From: Octopus bimaculoides
Lineage: Eukaryota
NCBI RefSeq assembly: GCF_001194135.2
Contig: NC_069003.1
Location: forward strand, 28,547,011-28,611,010
Length of the DNA: 64,000 nucleotides
Direction: 5' to 3'
In this document: one piece after another, positions 12,809 through 26,850 of the stretch
Layout: every line of letters starts with the position of its first letter
Position numbering within the stretch: position 1 is the stretch's first letter
Notes under the pieces: model-generated
Told to the model about the DNA's origin: nothing
Seen by the model: the letters and a program-made list of their open reading frames with translations, nothing else
The model's database searches: none
Program-made: the position numbers and the translations under genes

Positions 12809-13638
12809 TGTGTGTGTGTGCATATACACATACACGCACATACACGTATATATTTATATCTATATCTGTATATACATATATGTGTATATACATATATGTG
12901 TATATACATATATGTGTATATACATATACATACATACGTAACACATTTATATCGATGATTTGCATATATATTCTTAATTTGTTTTCGCAGATTCGGACGT
13001 GAATATGATATTCATTGTTGGACTTCATTAGAGAGCAGCTTCTTCTTCACGACGAATTCGTGTTCATAACAATTTCGATTCATTAGTACAAAAAATTGCG
13101 GGACATCCAGCGTTTCGATACCTTTGTGTGTCGTCAACCAGAAGCGCCTGCAGAGTAATGAATCTAATGGATACAACTCCAATGAGCAAAATTCTTTGTT
13201 AATCCGTGCTATATGCCAAACTACAATAAATCGTTATATCAACAGGGAACAACGAGAAACAAAATGTCTTGCATATTTACTCTCGATATGTTCCCACAAA
13301 TCTTTGCTATCACTGTTGTGTTTCTACATAAGTGAACAGTTTCTCTACACGATAAATGACATACTACATTCATTAGTACAAGGGATTCTAAGGCAGCCTG
13401 TATTTTATTAATCCGACCGTGCTACTGGCTGACGAAGAACAACGATGTCGAAACACTAGGTATGCCAAAATTTCTTGTGCTGATAAATCGCGTGCGTTAT
13501 GCACACATATTCGTCGATAAGGTGAAGATATTCTTTGTCCTGTGACGAGAAACAATAGCGGTTAGCATAATTGCTTTCGAATCTGCTGGAACATATTGAT
13601 TCTCTCTCTGTTCACCGTTCACCTGACGATTTATAACA

Positions 13639-13690
<52 letters not shown>

Positions 13691-13882
13691 NNNNNNNNNN
13701 NNNNNNNNNNNNNNNNNNNNNNNNNNNNNNNNNNNNNNNNNNNNNNNNNNNNNNNNNNNNNNNNNNNNNNNNNNNNNNNNNNNNNNNNNNNNNNNNNNNN
13801 NNNNNNNNNNNNNNNNNNNNNNNNNNNNNNNNNNNNNNNNNNNNNNNNNNNNNNNNNNNNNNNNNNNNNNNNNNNNNNNNNN

Positions 13883-13947
<65 letters not shown>

Positions 13948-14046
13948 TACATATATACATGAATATATATACAGACATACATGCATATGTATATATGTAC
14001 AGACATACATGCATACGTATATATATATATATACAGACACACATGC

Positions 14047-14086
<40 letters not shown>

Positions 14087-14096
14087 NNNNNNNNNN

Positions 14097-14139
<43 letters not shown>

Positions 14140-14863
14140 ACACATATTCATATATTCTGCACAATAGTACTAGTACATGGGAAAATAAAACACTTTCTTG
14201 AATATGTAACATCTTCCAGATGTAAAACATTTTTATGCTTCAGTAGTATCCAACAGTTCTTCAGTATTGAAGGAATAATTGTGTTTATTATATAACACAA
14301 TAATCTTGTCTTTTTCTTTACAGCAGCTTGATCTACACGCAGGAAAACAGCAATTATTGGCAAAATCTGTATATCGTTCAATATTATGCGAGATCTGCTT
14401 ATACCTTAAGAATTTGGCAGAAGAAAAGAAAAAGCATTAACAGAAAACACTTTTTTACATGATCTGAAGAGGAAATTAAGTTTCCGATGGAGACAAATAC
14501 ATCTACACAGTCATCACAAATAACAATTACATCAGCAAAAAAACAAACGTAATCTGATATCTGAAGTAGTGCATATATACATAAATACACACACACATGC
14601 ACACACACACATATAAACACGTGTGTGCTCGAGTATGTGTGTTAGTGTACACTCCCACCCAGACACAAACGTACATGTCTACTAATATGTACACAAATAT
14701 ACGTAGGTACAATGTATAAGTTTTAAACACAAATATCTATCGATATGTATGTGCGTGCATGCGTGTGTGTGTGTGTGTGTGTGTGTGTGAGTACGTGTGT
14801 ATATATATGTGTGTGTGTGTATATATTTACGTACACTTATGTATGTATATATTTATAAATGCT

Positions 14864-14913
<50 letters not shown>

Positions 14914-15279
14914 TATATATATATATATAAATGCTTACACACACATATACACATACACATACAAACATACATATATATAAATAACTGCTTATATTTGGAT
15001 GCATTTATATATATTATATGTGTGTGTATGTACTTAAACACACCACTCACATATATATATACAAAGAAAATGTGCCAAAAACAGTGTACTCAATACATGT
15101 ATTATATATATAACTTATTTAAGCCGAACTATCATATCGTGATCGTATTCCTACAACTCTTTGTTCTTGAGACAAGAACTTCTCAAACATGGTTTCAAGT
15201 TGTACTTGTCCAAGCCTGACCACCACAGTGACAGGAAAATCGAGCACGTGGCTAATTTTCATAGCCATTTGAAAGCTGG

Positions 15280-16360
15280 GATATGAGTAAAACTTGTTTC
15301 GATAGCTAAAACTGCATTTACAGTATATAGATTAAAAAAAAGTGTAAATATAGAAATATAGAAGGAAAAAGACCATTGGGGAGGAAAGGAGATAGGGTAA
15401 GTAGGAGTCTGGAAACCAGGAATGGGAAGCCTTGTAAGGGAGGTGGAACAGGTGCGTGGAGGGTTGTATATTTTGGAGTGTTTGTGTTTGGAAGCAGACA
15501 ATAGGGAGAATGGTGTTGGCATGTTTGTTATTGGTATGTATGAAAGTTTATAGATGTGTGTGTGTGTGTGTTGGTGTTTAAATTTGATGGCGATGGCCTG
15601 CGGAGCACAGGGGCTATATTTGAGTGTAAATGTAAGTGGGTGGTATAAACGTGTGTTTGCAAGACTGAGTGAGCATGTGTGTATGTATTACGAAACATGT
15701 GAAGTGGTGCAGGATGGTGTGTGCAAGGTGAAAGAAGTTATTTGTGCAGATGTGTTTGCATAGAAAAGAAGTGAAATGTACGTAGTTATCAAAAAGCGCT
15801 TTTTCAGGCTTGCAACTGTAAAACAAAAGTTAAAAACTGAACCCCCATTTGGAAAAAAAACAAAAAAACTATTAAAATAATCTTCCAAATACTGGAAATC
15901 CAAAACGAAATACAAAGTCCTCAAAAATTTTAAGTTAGTAAAATTACAATAATTTCAAAAGATAAAATTCCGACAAAATTGCAAAATGTCAAAACAGATT
16001 AAATAGTAGAGATGCAAAACATGTATGAAAAATAGTTCAGATATAGTACTTAGGTGATGGAAACAAAAAGTGACGTATTCGTACTGGAGATGGCGGAAGC
16101 GACAGTTTATGGTACGTTGGTGGGTCGGGTCAGGACTGAGAGATAGTACGGGAGCAGTAAGAACATGCTGGGTGTAATTCATGGAGTAAGAGCAGAACTG
16201 CAGGCTGAAGCATTGATGGGAGAGAGAAGCTTGGTTAAAAGTGGGTAAATGCGTCAAATGAATAGACTGGCCAAATTTGGGAACTCAATCAAAGAGTCTA
16301 GGTCAGGACCGCAGAGAGGATGGGGACGGAGGGAACGGAGTTAATGTATAGATGTGGTAG
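15280..16360 (-). mobile_element. Highly decayed Penelope-like element, C-terminal region (tentative)
   Basis: Minus frames give HQRTINCRFRHLQ (cf. the PLE motif IQRIILRHFRHLQ) and CKHICTNNF...HFTC, followed by a pyrimidine-rich tail ending GCTATCGAAAC. Similarity is weak and from memory of the family. Confidence 0.3.
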
Positions 16361-16364
16361 GGTT

Positions 16365-16800
16365 GGAGGTGTTTCTTTTGGATGGGAAGAGACATAAAGA
16401 TGATGCAGTCTATACAAACTGTTGCAAGGTTTTCTAGCTTCGAGGCAATTGAGTTTCTGATCATGAAGCCGACGCCATACAGATGTCGTTCAGGATGTGA
16501 CCTGTCGGATCAATAGAGTGTGTAGCCTGGCCATATTCTTAAAGGCTGCCTTCATATGCAAAACAGACTTCACTGAAGGCAGTGACATCGATGTTCAGTA
16601 TGGAGAGTTCATGTGCAACAAGAACAGAATGTCGATAAGGCCTGAGGATGTCAGTCTTGTATATGAGGGTTCTGAGGTTTAAGCATGACATCTTCAGGTC
16701 ATGTACACCTGGTGAACAAATATGAAGCTGTACGCCTTTATTGTCGTTCGGCTGTGTTAGAAGATGCCTGTCAGCCTCGACGAGTCAGTCCCACAATGGC
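16365..16800 (-). mobile_element. RTE-clade LINE 5' end, apurinic-like endonuclease N-terminus (decayed)
   Basis: KMSCLNLRTL...RHSVLVAHELSILNIDVTAFSEVCFADEGSL*EYG, then GYTLY...HPERHLYGVGFMIRNSIASKLENL. These match RTE endonuclease motifs. Confidence 0.88.
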
Positions 16801-17082
16801 TTAGCTGGACGAAACATTATACATACATAATAATAATAATAGTAAATCAATGGTGATTGTGTTCGTTTCCTCAGCTTATTTGCATATATGTAAAAGATTT
16901 ATTCAATAAATTAAGTTGAATAAAACGAAATGTTGTTAAACTCACTAAATCTTATAATTTGTGTGACGTTCAGACAAAAAGTGAAATTCACCAACGCTAG
17001 ACATGAAATTTAAAATATAAAGTATTTAACACTGTCTCACTTTATTTTATTTAATTTGTTAGATGTGTGTGTGTGTGTGTGT

Positions 17083-17113
<31 letters not shown>

Positions 17114-17889
17114 NNNNNNNNNNNNNNNNNNNNNNNNNNNNNNNNNNNNNNNNNNNNNNNNNNNNNNNNNNNNNNNNNNNNNNNNNNNNNNNNNNNNNNN
17201 NNNNNNNNNNNNNNNNNNNNNNNNNNNNNNNNNNNNNNNNNNNNNNNNNNNNNNNNNNNNNNNNNNNNNNNNNNNNNNNNNNNNNNNNNNNNNNNNNNNN
17301 NNNNNNNNNNNNNNNNNNNNNNNNNNNNNNNNNNNNNNNNNNNNNNNNNNNNNNNNNNNNNNNNNNNNNNNNNNNNNNNNNNNNNNNNNNNNNGTGGAAT
17401 GTTTTGAAAACATAAACTTCAAAGAGGTAGGAAATCTTCCTTTTTTCTGTCTCTCCCTCTCTTTTCTCCTTTGTGAATGTTCGTTAGGTAGGTAGTGGCA
17501 GATCTGAAAAAAAATTTTTGGGGACCAAAAATATATTTGGTTCTGAAGTTTGATGGGTTAAGCAGCAGCAGCCGAATAAGGAGAAGGCGAAGAAGAAAAG
17601 TGACAAAAAAAAAGAAGGGAAAAAGTAGAAGAAGAAGAAGAAAAAGACAGGAGTGGTATTAGCCGTGGAATCTGCTTTAATGGTCAAATGGCCTCACAAT
17701 TAACTGATGTTATTGTAGTAGCAGTAGGAAATATTCTGAATAAAATTGTGGGTAATGGCTGTTCTGAAATATATCATTTTGAATATTTCCGTGGATATTA
17801 TTCCAAGAACACAGTAGTAGTTCCATCTGTGGTGGAAGCATTCAAAAGAAGTTTATATTTTGCACTAAAATATGATTCTTTACTAATGC

Positions 17890-18150
17890 GCTGATTATAG
17901 GTTGTATTGTAGAGGGGAAACATTCTTAAGTCAGACTAAAATCAGACTACGCCAGAGGATAACCGAAGAGAGATACCGGATTAAAATACGGGAATACAGA
18001 AAAATAGCGTTAAGTGAACACATCGACATTTGCGCCAATAATAAACAGCCCAACTTTAGAATTTTTCCCCTCTATAATTTTAGGGATAATGCAACCTATA
18101 ATCAGCAAAGAATCATATTTTATCACAAAATATAAACCTTATTTGAATGC
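17890..18150 (+). mobile_element. Penelope-like element GIY-YIG endonuclease fragment
   Basis: CRGETFLSQTKIRLRQRITEERYRIKIREYRKIALSEHIDIC...FRIFPLY, then (frameshifted) KYKPYLN. This fits the PLE pattern C..C...YIGQT...R...HR...SEH...F...KYKP.LN. Confidence 0.7.
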
Positions 18151-18354
18151 TTCCGCCACAGACGACACTACTACAGGAAGAAATATTAAAAAAAAACGAT
18201 AGACATATTTAGAACAGTCGCTACGCAAGAATTTATTTAGAACAGTTCCTATTACTACTGCTACTACAACCACAACAGGTCACTGTGAGGCCACTTGATC
18301 ATTAAAGCAGGATTTCACGGACAGCCTTTACTACGGGGTAATACTACTCCTGTC

Positions 18355-18466
18355 TCCTCCTCCTCCTTCTTCTTCTTCTTCTTCTTCTTCTTCTTCTTCT
18401 TCTTCTTCTTCTTCTTCTTCTTCTTCTTCTTCTTCTTCTTCTTCTTCTTCTTCTTCTTCTTCTTCC
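18355..18466. repeat. (TTC)n microsatellite
   Basis: Long perfect TTC run, which produces the poly-F ORF. Confidence 0.95.
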
Positions 18467-19668
18467 CACTCTTACAAGCTGGTGGACATTTACATGGAAA
18501 TTATATCTCATACATTGCACATGTTGTGTTAAAGTACTTCATGGATAGCTTTAGTTACACACAATTGCCTGTACACTGTAATATACATGATTTTCCCACC
18601 TACTTGACTGTTACAAGCGCGTCAATGTCCTCCCAGAAAACCGCTAACTAACAGCACCATACTACCATTCCATTCTTGCCGACATCTATACATATACATT
18701 TTCCCCCTCCAACCCTCATGTCTCCAGTGTTTTTTCTTATTCCCAATTCCAGAAACCGAAACACTGTGACATAGGCATCTACAAAAGTGCTTTTTCTTCC
18801 TACTACTTTAAATCACTCTGCAGAATAGTATTCCCACTTCGTTAATAAATCTTCACCACCAGCCTCCATTCCTTCTTTCCTGAATTTTTAACTTTGAAAA
18901 TTTTTACCTATCTTTTTCTTTTTTATACACTCAATGTGTTTCTTTTCCACTTTTATGCTTTTATGCGCTTCTCTTTTACTTTTTGTTAGAGAGAGTAATA
19001 TCTAAAATGTTAAAACATTTCTCAATCCTTTCAACTACGCATGCATAAAGCTAATACCATATTTGTCAAACTTTTTTCTCTCTGTCTTGTTCTAATTTCA
19101 TATTTATTGATCTTACATTATATATGTATATGTAAAAGGACAACAGAAAGTAACACTCAACACATGTTACCTTCAATACAGTTGGCGTTATAAGATTTAA
19201 TAACAAAACTCAGCTCTATCTAGTCGTCGACTACTTGACATCATTGTACGGTTAATGGTATAATCTATACCATCTGGAAACATGTTTAAAATTATCTGGT
19301 AACTCCAATTTATCAAAGCATCCATGTGACTTGTGTTGACCAATGAGTTATCCCAAATATTTTCAGTTAGAAGCCATCTTTATATTCTCCTCTCTGTTTT
19401 CTCCGTAGTCAGAAGATGTAGACACACCTCCTGAGACTACAAAACTTGGAAATTGTGCCGCCAATATATGTATGTATGTATGTATGAATGTATGTATGTA
19501 TGTATGTATGTATGTATGTATGTATGTATGTATGGGCTTGTTTGTATGCGTTTGTGTGTGTATGTATGTACTCACGCATGCACGCACGTTCGTACGTGTG
19601 TTTATATGTATGTATGTGTGTATGTATGTATGTTTGTATGTATGTATGCATGTATGTGCTTGTGTGTA

Positions 19669-19703
<35 letters not shown>

Positions 19704-19736
19704 ATGTATGTATGTAGGCGCGCACGCACGCACGTA

Positions 19737-19768
<32 letters not shown>

Positions 19769-20162
19769 CTCTTTTACTCTTTTACTTGTTTCAGTCTTTT
19801 GACTGTGGCCATGCTGGAGCACCGCCTTTAGTCGAGCAAATCGACCCCAGGACTTATTCTTTGGAAGCCTAGTACTTATGCTATCGGTCTCTTTTGCCGA
19901 ACCGCTAAGTTACGGGGACATAAACACACCAGCATCGGTTGTCAAGCGATGTTGGGGGGACAAACACAGACATACAAACACATATATATACATATATACG
20001 ACAGGCTTCTTTCAGTTTCCGTCTACCAAATCCACTCACAAGGCATTGGTCGGCCCGAGGCTATAGTAGAAGACACTTGCCCAAGATGCCACGCAGTGGG
20101 ACTGAACCCGGGACCATGTGGTTGGTAAGCAAGCTACTTACCACACAGCCACTCCTACGCCT
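19769..20162 (-). mobile_element. Full-length bipartite SINE, family A (tRNA-like head, internal TA/TG microsatellite, 3' module)
   Basis: Head GGAGTGGCTGTGTGGTAAG...GGTTCAGTCCCACTGCGTGGCATCTTGGGCAAGTGTCTTC, a microsatellite spacer, then a 3' module ending CCAGCATGGCCACAGTC...GACTGAAACAAGTAAAAGAG. Many related copies in the window. Confidence 0.9.
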
Positions 20163-20840
20163 ATATATATATGTATGTATGCATTTCAAGTTGATAAACT
20201 TTTGTAATTGCGTGAATGACATTATCAATACCCTCGCTACAAACAACTCAACTCTGATATCAGAAGTTCCACAGGGCTGATTGCAATAGAACTGCCACGG
20301 TGCCCTCATCGGCTGTCTCTTCAGTATCAAACAGCCTGTAGATTCATTCACTTTGCTGTCATGCATTTTTACCCTTTCATAATTTAATTTTCCCCTCCTA
20401 GATTTCGGGAGTCAATTTATACCAGTCACTGACATCTTTATTGCAACATTTTCAACCTTACAATTATTTCTGCTAGTTGTAAAGCAGTATGACTCACTGT
20501 TCTGAGTACCCATTGAGAGTACATTGAGAGTACCCATTGAGAGTTTACTTTCGGCATTGGAATATTTATTGTAGACCTTTAATAGAAAATCAACATAGTT
20601 CGGCTCTTGTTAAGGGCGATGGTCTGGCGCTCTCAAGTCATAATGAAAAAATGTAGCCTAACTATAACTTATACCTTCAACAACAAAAATGATTTTGCTA
20701 ATGCCACTTTAGACCTCAAGAGAGGGGGAGACTATACCGATAGAAAATGTATTGAGGAAGACTTATAATGGAACAAGTTGTAATGCGTCCGTCATCTTAG
20801 GTGGAACGAAACAGAGTTGTTGTCGAAAGAAGACGATGGA

Positions 20841-20875
<35 letters not shown>

Positions 20876-21694
20876 GGATTATGAAGATGACGATGAACCA
20901 ATGTAACTGAGATTGAATATTTATATTTGCAGCTCATTAGTTCTTGGAACAAAAATTTCAAGTTATTTTTATAAAGATAATCGATTCTGTCGCCTGTTCA
21001 CACACGATATTCATTTTATGGCCACCATTTGTGTATACCTTTGTGTTTTGTTATCGTTTAAGTGAACACAATATTTAACATTGAGCTAAATGTTATGACG
21101 TATTGAGTAGGCATTCATTTATTTCTGATACTAAATACTTGATTTCAGCGTTCAAATAAACAATCAAACTGATAATTCTTTCTGTAAATCATGATAAATC
21201 ACGTAGGAAAGTTGATATAGATGTTGAAATACAAATTAATAAATTGAGATAAATATACAGTATAACAGAATTGTCGTTAAGCCAGCGTACTGAGTCGTTG
21301 GAAAATGACAGATATGCAGTAAGAGGGCCGAGAGAAAAGACAAAAAAGTTTGATAAGAAAACACTTTAGCTATAAGTGGATATCCAGAAACAGCAGGAGA
21401 TATTTTATTCAGCTTTATGTCCGATGAAATAACCAGTTGACAAATATAGCGGATCAGCTTAAGAAGCACTTACGGTGACCGGTCTCTTACGTTAAACATA
21501 GCTTTAGGCTGCTGTCGGAAATCAAGTATTTAACTAAACAAACATTAAAATGCGTGTATCTAGGCATATGCGTATATATGTTTGTATTTATCTATATGTA
21601 TTATGTATGCATATATGTTTGTATTTATGTATTTATAAATGTATATACGTGTTTGTGTGCGTGTGTGTGTGTGAATATGTGTTTTAACTGATAT

Positions 21695-21746
<52 letters not shown>

Positions 21747-21754
21747 GTATATAC

Positions 21755-21834
<80 letters not shown>

Positions 21835-23274
21835 AATGTGCATTTTATTTAAATTGAAAAGAAGTATTCGTGTCTAATTTCAAACATTTTGAGAGATTAT
21901 TTTCTCAACATTTTATGTTCATTTAAAAATAGAATGGTTTCGAACCTTTTCATTTAATTGTAGTTTTCTGTAATGTTCTGAAAATATTTTATTTGTACTT
22001 AAAAAATTAAGGCTATCAATTCGTGGAGCAAGACCAACCCAAATGGCATTCTCCCAGAAATGGTACCTAGATGATAAAGAGACAGATATGGATATATATA
22101 TATATGTTTGTGTGTGTACAGATTGTTTGATGTAGTGTACACACTTCCTTAATACGCACGCCCGCACACATACATACATCCATCTATCCATTAATCTATC
22201 CATTCATACATACATAGGTACATACAATTCAATGTAGATTTCCGGATTTAGACGGTAGTGGGTGTCTTGAAGGATATTGGTTGGTATTATGAATTAGAAT
22301 CCTCCGTAGTAGTTCATTTAGTTGCTATTCCAGACGTGGCCATCCAGTCCTATTTTTCTTTACACATATATATCTAGAACAACATAATACAATATGGTCT
22401 CTCTCTTACTTAAAACAAAACACCATAGTGTCCGATTAAAATCGATTTCGTTAGTTCTAGCAAGTCAAGCGACCACGTAGGGGCTGTCTCATTGCCTTAA
22501 CTAGATCACTTGTAATATACAAAATAATAAATTGTATTCTAATGTATTTTGCAACAATTACGTTTGATATGGCGTGAATATATTTCTAACATTTGTCTTC
22601 TATCAACAATTAAACAGACACTCACAGTTAAATGATGGGACTCTGTGATGCTAGATAATCACCGTTTCGGTGAGCCGAGGTTCTACTTAATGTGACGCCA
22701 TATTTGTTGCAATATAATATTGTTTGAAGTTTATCGATTTACTAACAATTCCGCCATTTTCAAAGGAGACTGAATTTATGAAATTGATATTTTTGTCTTT
22801 TTGAAGTTATGACACGGGAAGCGCTTTACATTATCAGTAATAAGTGAGAGGGAACTTAGCATTTCCTTTATAATGGCTATATTCAGCTGGAAATACCACC
22901 GCCTCATCTCCACATCGCCTTTTCTATGCACAACCTTCCTCACCTTATCCCCACTCCCATTCCACCTGACTACCACTACATTTCACTTACACCCCACTCT
23001 TATCACAAAAACAGACTCCCACCGCTGCCGCAGGCGCCTCTAATGAGGACAGTAACGACAACAATATCCACATTAACTACAACAACAAAACGTTCAGTCA
23101 TTCGCGTATAGGATATGTGTTTTTACGTATGTGTTTGTGTGTGTTTATGTGTGTGTTCGTGTGTGTATTTGTGCATATTTATGTGCATGGGTATGTGTGC
23201 CTCCATTTTGAATATATATATTTACAGATTAATATGTCACATACAATATATACAAATGTGTATACATGCATACT

Positions 23275-23377
23275 CTCTCTCTCTCTCGCTCTCTCTCTCG
23301 CTCTCTCTCTCGCTCTCTCTCTCGCTCTCTCTCTCGCTCTCTCTCTCGCTCTCTCTCTCGCTCTCTCTCTCGCTCTC
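23275..23377. repeat. 12-bp higher-order microsatellite ((CT)5CG)n running into an assembly gap
   Basis: G interruptions at exact 12-bp spacing (23288, 23300 ... 23372). Confidence 0.9.
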
Positions 23378-23959
23378 NNNNNNNNNNNNNNNNNNNNNNN
23401 NNNNNNNNNNNNNNNNNNNNNNNNNNNNNNNNNNNNNNNNNNNNNNNNNNNNNNNNNNNNNNNNNNNNNNNNNNNNNNNNNNNNNNNNNNNNNNNNNNNN
23501 NNNNNNNNNNNNNNNNNNNNNNNNNNNNNNNNNNNNNNNNNNNNNNNNNNNNNNNNNNNNNNNNNNNNNNNNNNNNNNNNNNNNNNNNNNNNNNNNNNNN
23601 NNNNNNNNNNNNNNNNNNNNNNNNNNNNNNNNNNNNNNNNNNNNNNNNNNNNNNNNNNNNNNNNNNNNNNNNNNNNNNNNNNNNNNNNNNNNNNNNNNNN
23701 NNNNNNNNNNNNNNNNNNNNNNNNNNNNNNNNNNNNNNNNNNNNNNNNNNNNNNNNNNNNNNNNNNNNNNNNNNNNNNNNNNNNNNNNNNNNNNNNNNNN
23801 NNNNNNNNNNNNNNNNNNNNNNNNNNNNNNNNNNNNNNNNNNNNNNNNNNNNNNNNNNNNNNNNNNNNNNNNNNNNNNNNNNNNNNNNNNNNNNNNNNNN
23901 NNNNNNNNNNNNNNNNNNNNNNNNNNNNNNNNNNNNNNNNNNNNNNNNNNNNNNNNNNN

Positions 23960-24001
<42 letters not shown>

Positions 24002-24544
24002 GTGTGCGCGCGCGTCTGGCGTGCTTGAGTGTTTAAAATCTTGTGTTTGCCGACTGAATTCTCTTTTATCTTTTGGGAAGTTCTGAATCATGCATGTTGG
24101 TCAAGTCTATAAAAGATGACCTCTAAACCTGTACAACAACTGCATAAAACTGGTCAAAACGTCGATTGTAACACCATGCAGGGAATTACCACGAGGTTAT
24201 TCGATCTGCTTGAAATAGCAACCAAATCAATATCGAACCTCTACCCTTTTCAAACTAGTCCACTCAAATTTTGATTCAAACTTGTTTTAATGTGATTTAA
24301 ATTAAAACTTGCCAACAAACTTTTATGCAAATTTAACTTTAAATCTCAGCTTAATAGTAGCAAAATTATTTTACTAAACTCTTCATTATTTAGAAAACTA
24401 ATTGAAATAAATTCAAGGACGCATTTGAAGAGTTGCAGTTTGGTTTATTATGTCTGAAAATAAGGAAACAAAACAAAACAAAACAACAACAAAAAAAAAT
24501 TGACACAGCATGTTCATATCTTTTCTATCCGGGGAGAAATATAT

Positions 24545-24730
24545 CTACAATGGCACTGACAATGGCACTACCTCTAGGACCACGACCACGACCCACACCA
24601 GCACCACCAGCACCACCAGTACCGTTAGCACAACCAGCACCGCCGGCAGCACCAGCACCAGCAATAACAGCAGCTTCACCACCTCCACGACAACCACCAC
24701 CACTACCACCACCAACAACAACACAGTAAC
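24545..24730. repeat. GC-rich ACC/GCA trinucleotide low-complexity tract
   Basis: Imperfect ACC/GCACCA repeats that give Pro-, Thr- or Val-rich pseudo-ORFs in several frames. Confidence 0.8.
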
Positions 24731-24864
24731 ATTAGTAAGTAACAACAGCAGAAACAGTTGCTCCCCCACGCCCCCAAAAATTCATTCCTTACTGTTTGCT
24801 AGATTTTGAATGTTAACTGATTGTGTTTTTTTATTTCATTCAACCCCTTCGTATAAAACTGATT

Positions 24865-25248
24865 GTGGAGGCGCAATGGCCCAGTGGTTAGGGCAGCGGA
24901 CTCGCGGTCATAGGATCGCGGTTTCGATTCCCAGACCGGTTGTTGTGAGTGTTTATTGAGCCAAAACGCCTAAAGCTCCACGAGGCTCCGGCATGGGATG
25001 GTGGCAAATCCTGTTGTAATCTTCCACCAAAACTTTCTCTCGCTCTTACTTCCTGTTACTGTTGTACCTGTAATTCAAAGGGTCAGCTTTGTCACTCTGT
25101 GTCACACTGAATATCCCCGAGAACTACGTTAAGGGTACACGTGTCTGTGGAGTGCTCAGCCACATGCACGTTAATTTCACGAGCAGGCTGTTCCGTTGAT
25201 CGGATCAACTGGAACCCTCGACGTCGTAAGCGACGGAGTGCCAACAAC
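24865..25248 (+). mobile_element. Full-length tRNA-derived SINE, family B, with perfect 12-bp target-site duplication
   Basis: Same head, body and CAA tail as 6030-6415. Flanked by ATAAAACTGATT at 24853-24864 and 25249-25260. Confidence 0.93.
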
Positions 25249-26539
25249 ATAAAACTGATTATTTACGAGTCACTCCCTCATTAGGGTATCTGTTCGGTGT
25301 TTCAGTAATGTTAAACATTGAATCTAATATCTTGAAATATCCCTGAGCTGTTGTGATAACACTGGATTTTCCTAACTTCCAAGTTTCTTTTATTCTCAGG
25401 CCAATAACTTAAGAAACCATGCCGTTTGTTTTGCTGCTGGTTGTGTTCAACTCCAGGTCATGAAAAACAGATATATAACTAAACATGCTCCACTACTAAG
25501 CAGATACGCTGAGAAGTGTTCGGCTCCTAAATAAACAGCATTAGGTGTTGGGAATAAAGAAGAAAAAGAAAACTTGCCTTACCTGGCAAACACTGGCGAA
25601 AGAATACTTGTGGTTGTTATTGTTGTTGCTGTTGTTGTTGTCTTCACTATCATCGTCGTTATAAAATGTGAAGTCTTTCATCAGGCATTTTGAACCTTGG
25701 AGTACATTAATCCCTGCCGTCCTTCCCTTTCATATTGTTTAGTTACAAGTCACCCCGTGATTCAGTAAAGACACGATGAAAGCTTTTCCAAACGTCATTA
25801 TCCCATTTTTCTTACAGACAATGATCAACATTATCTAACGTGTCCTCCTTCTTTTAAGACGCTAGTGTACGAACTGAAGAAGATTTGACAGTGATTTCTA
25901 TTAAAGCGAGCGCTCAAGTAGAATATTCTTAGTAGCAACAACGGAAGTGCTAAGAGCTCTATATATAACATATAATAACTATTTGAGGATTTATCGTTGA
26001 GGTTTATATAGAAGTCACTCCTCCCATTAACCACTTCACCTAATCCTTTCTGAATCATTTGAAATTCTATTCCCGCTTTCTATCCAGCAGTTCTGAGGTT
26101 GAAAATAAAGTATATTAATGCCATCATCTTCAGAGATGTGCAAAAGTCAATTCAAGGGCGCTAAAATCCCACTATATAACCCATAAAATATATATCAAAA
26201 AGTAATATAAAGGATAAAATATAAACCACGTAGTTTAATACATAAAAACAAAGGGATTTCAAGTCACCTGCAGCTATTGTGCAATACAATTACCGTTTAT
26301 AATAAATTGCATATTCAACGACCAAATATTTTCTCCTTTGCTCTGCTTTTGATAAATTGATCGATTGTTTGGTTCTGTGTCTGATCAGAAACACCCGGAG
26401 TTTAGGAATCGAAACTGAATCAATGACTAATCATCAAACTTTAAAAAATTATTTTTGACATATTTTTATTTTAGCAAGTTTATGGCTTTGTATTTTCGGC
26501 TGAAAATAGGCTTTATAATACGGTGCTACAATAATACTT

Positions 26540-26850
26540 GCTTACGACGACGAAGGTTCAAGATGATGCGATCAACAGAAGAAAATGCTCGTGAAGTATA
26601 CGTGCAAGTGGCTGTGCACTCCATAGACACGCGTAACTTTAACGTAGTTCTCAAGGAGATTCAGCTTGACACAGAATGCAACAAGGCTGGCGGCCCTTTG
26701 AAATACAGGTACTAGCGATTTTTGAGAGCTGAGTGGAGTGGACCAGCGTGAAATAAAGTGTCTTACTGAAGGACATCACACGCCGCCTGTTATCGAACCC
26801 ACATCCTAATGACCATGAGCTGAACACCTGAAGCACTACGCCACGCACCT
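26540..26850 (-). mobile_element. SINE with the family B 3' module but a different head and central region
   Basis: Reverse complement carries a TGATGTCCTTCAGTAAGACACTTTATTTCACGCTGGTCCACTCCACTCAGCT central region, then the family B module CTGTATTTCAAAGGGCC...GAGAACTACGTTAA...CCACTTGCACG...GTTGATCG. Confidence 0.8.

Noticed and set aside
24433-24809. Pro-rich and Thr-rich ORFs resembling mucin or extensin
   Set aside because: They are open in several frames and on both strands because of ACC/GCA repeats, with no convincing splice context.
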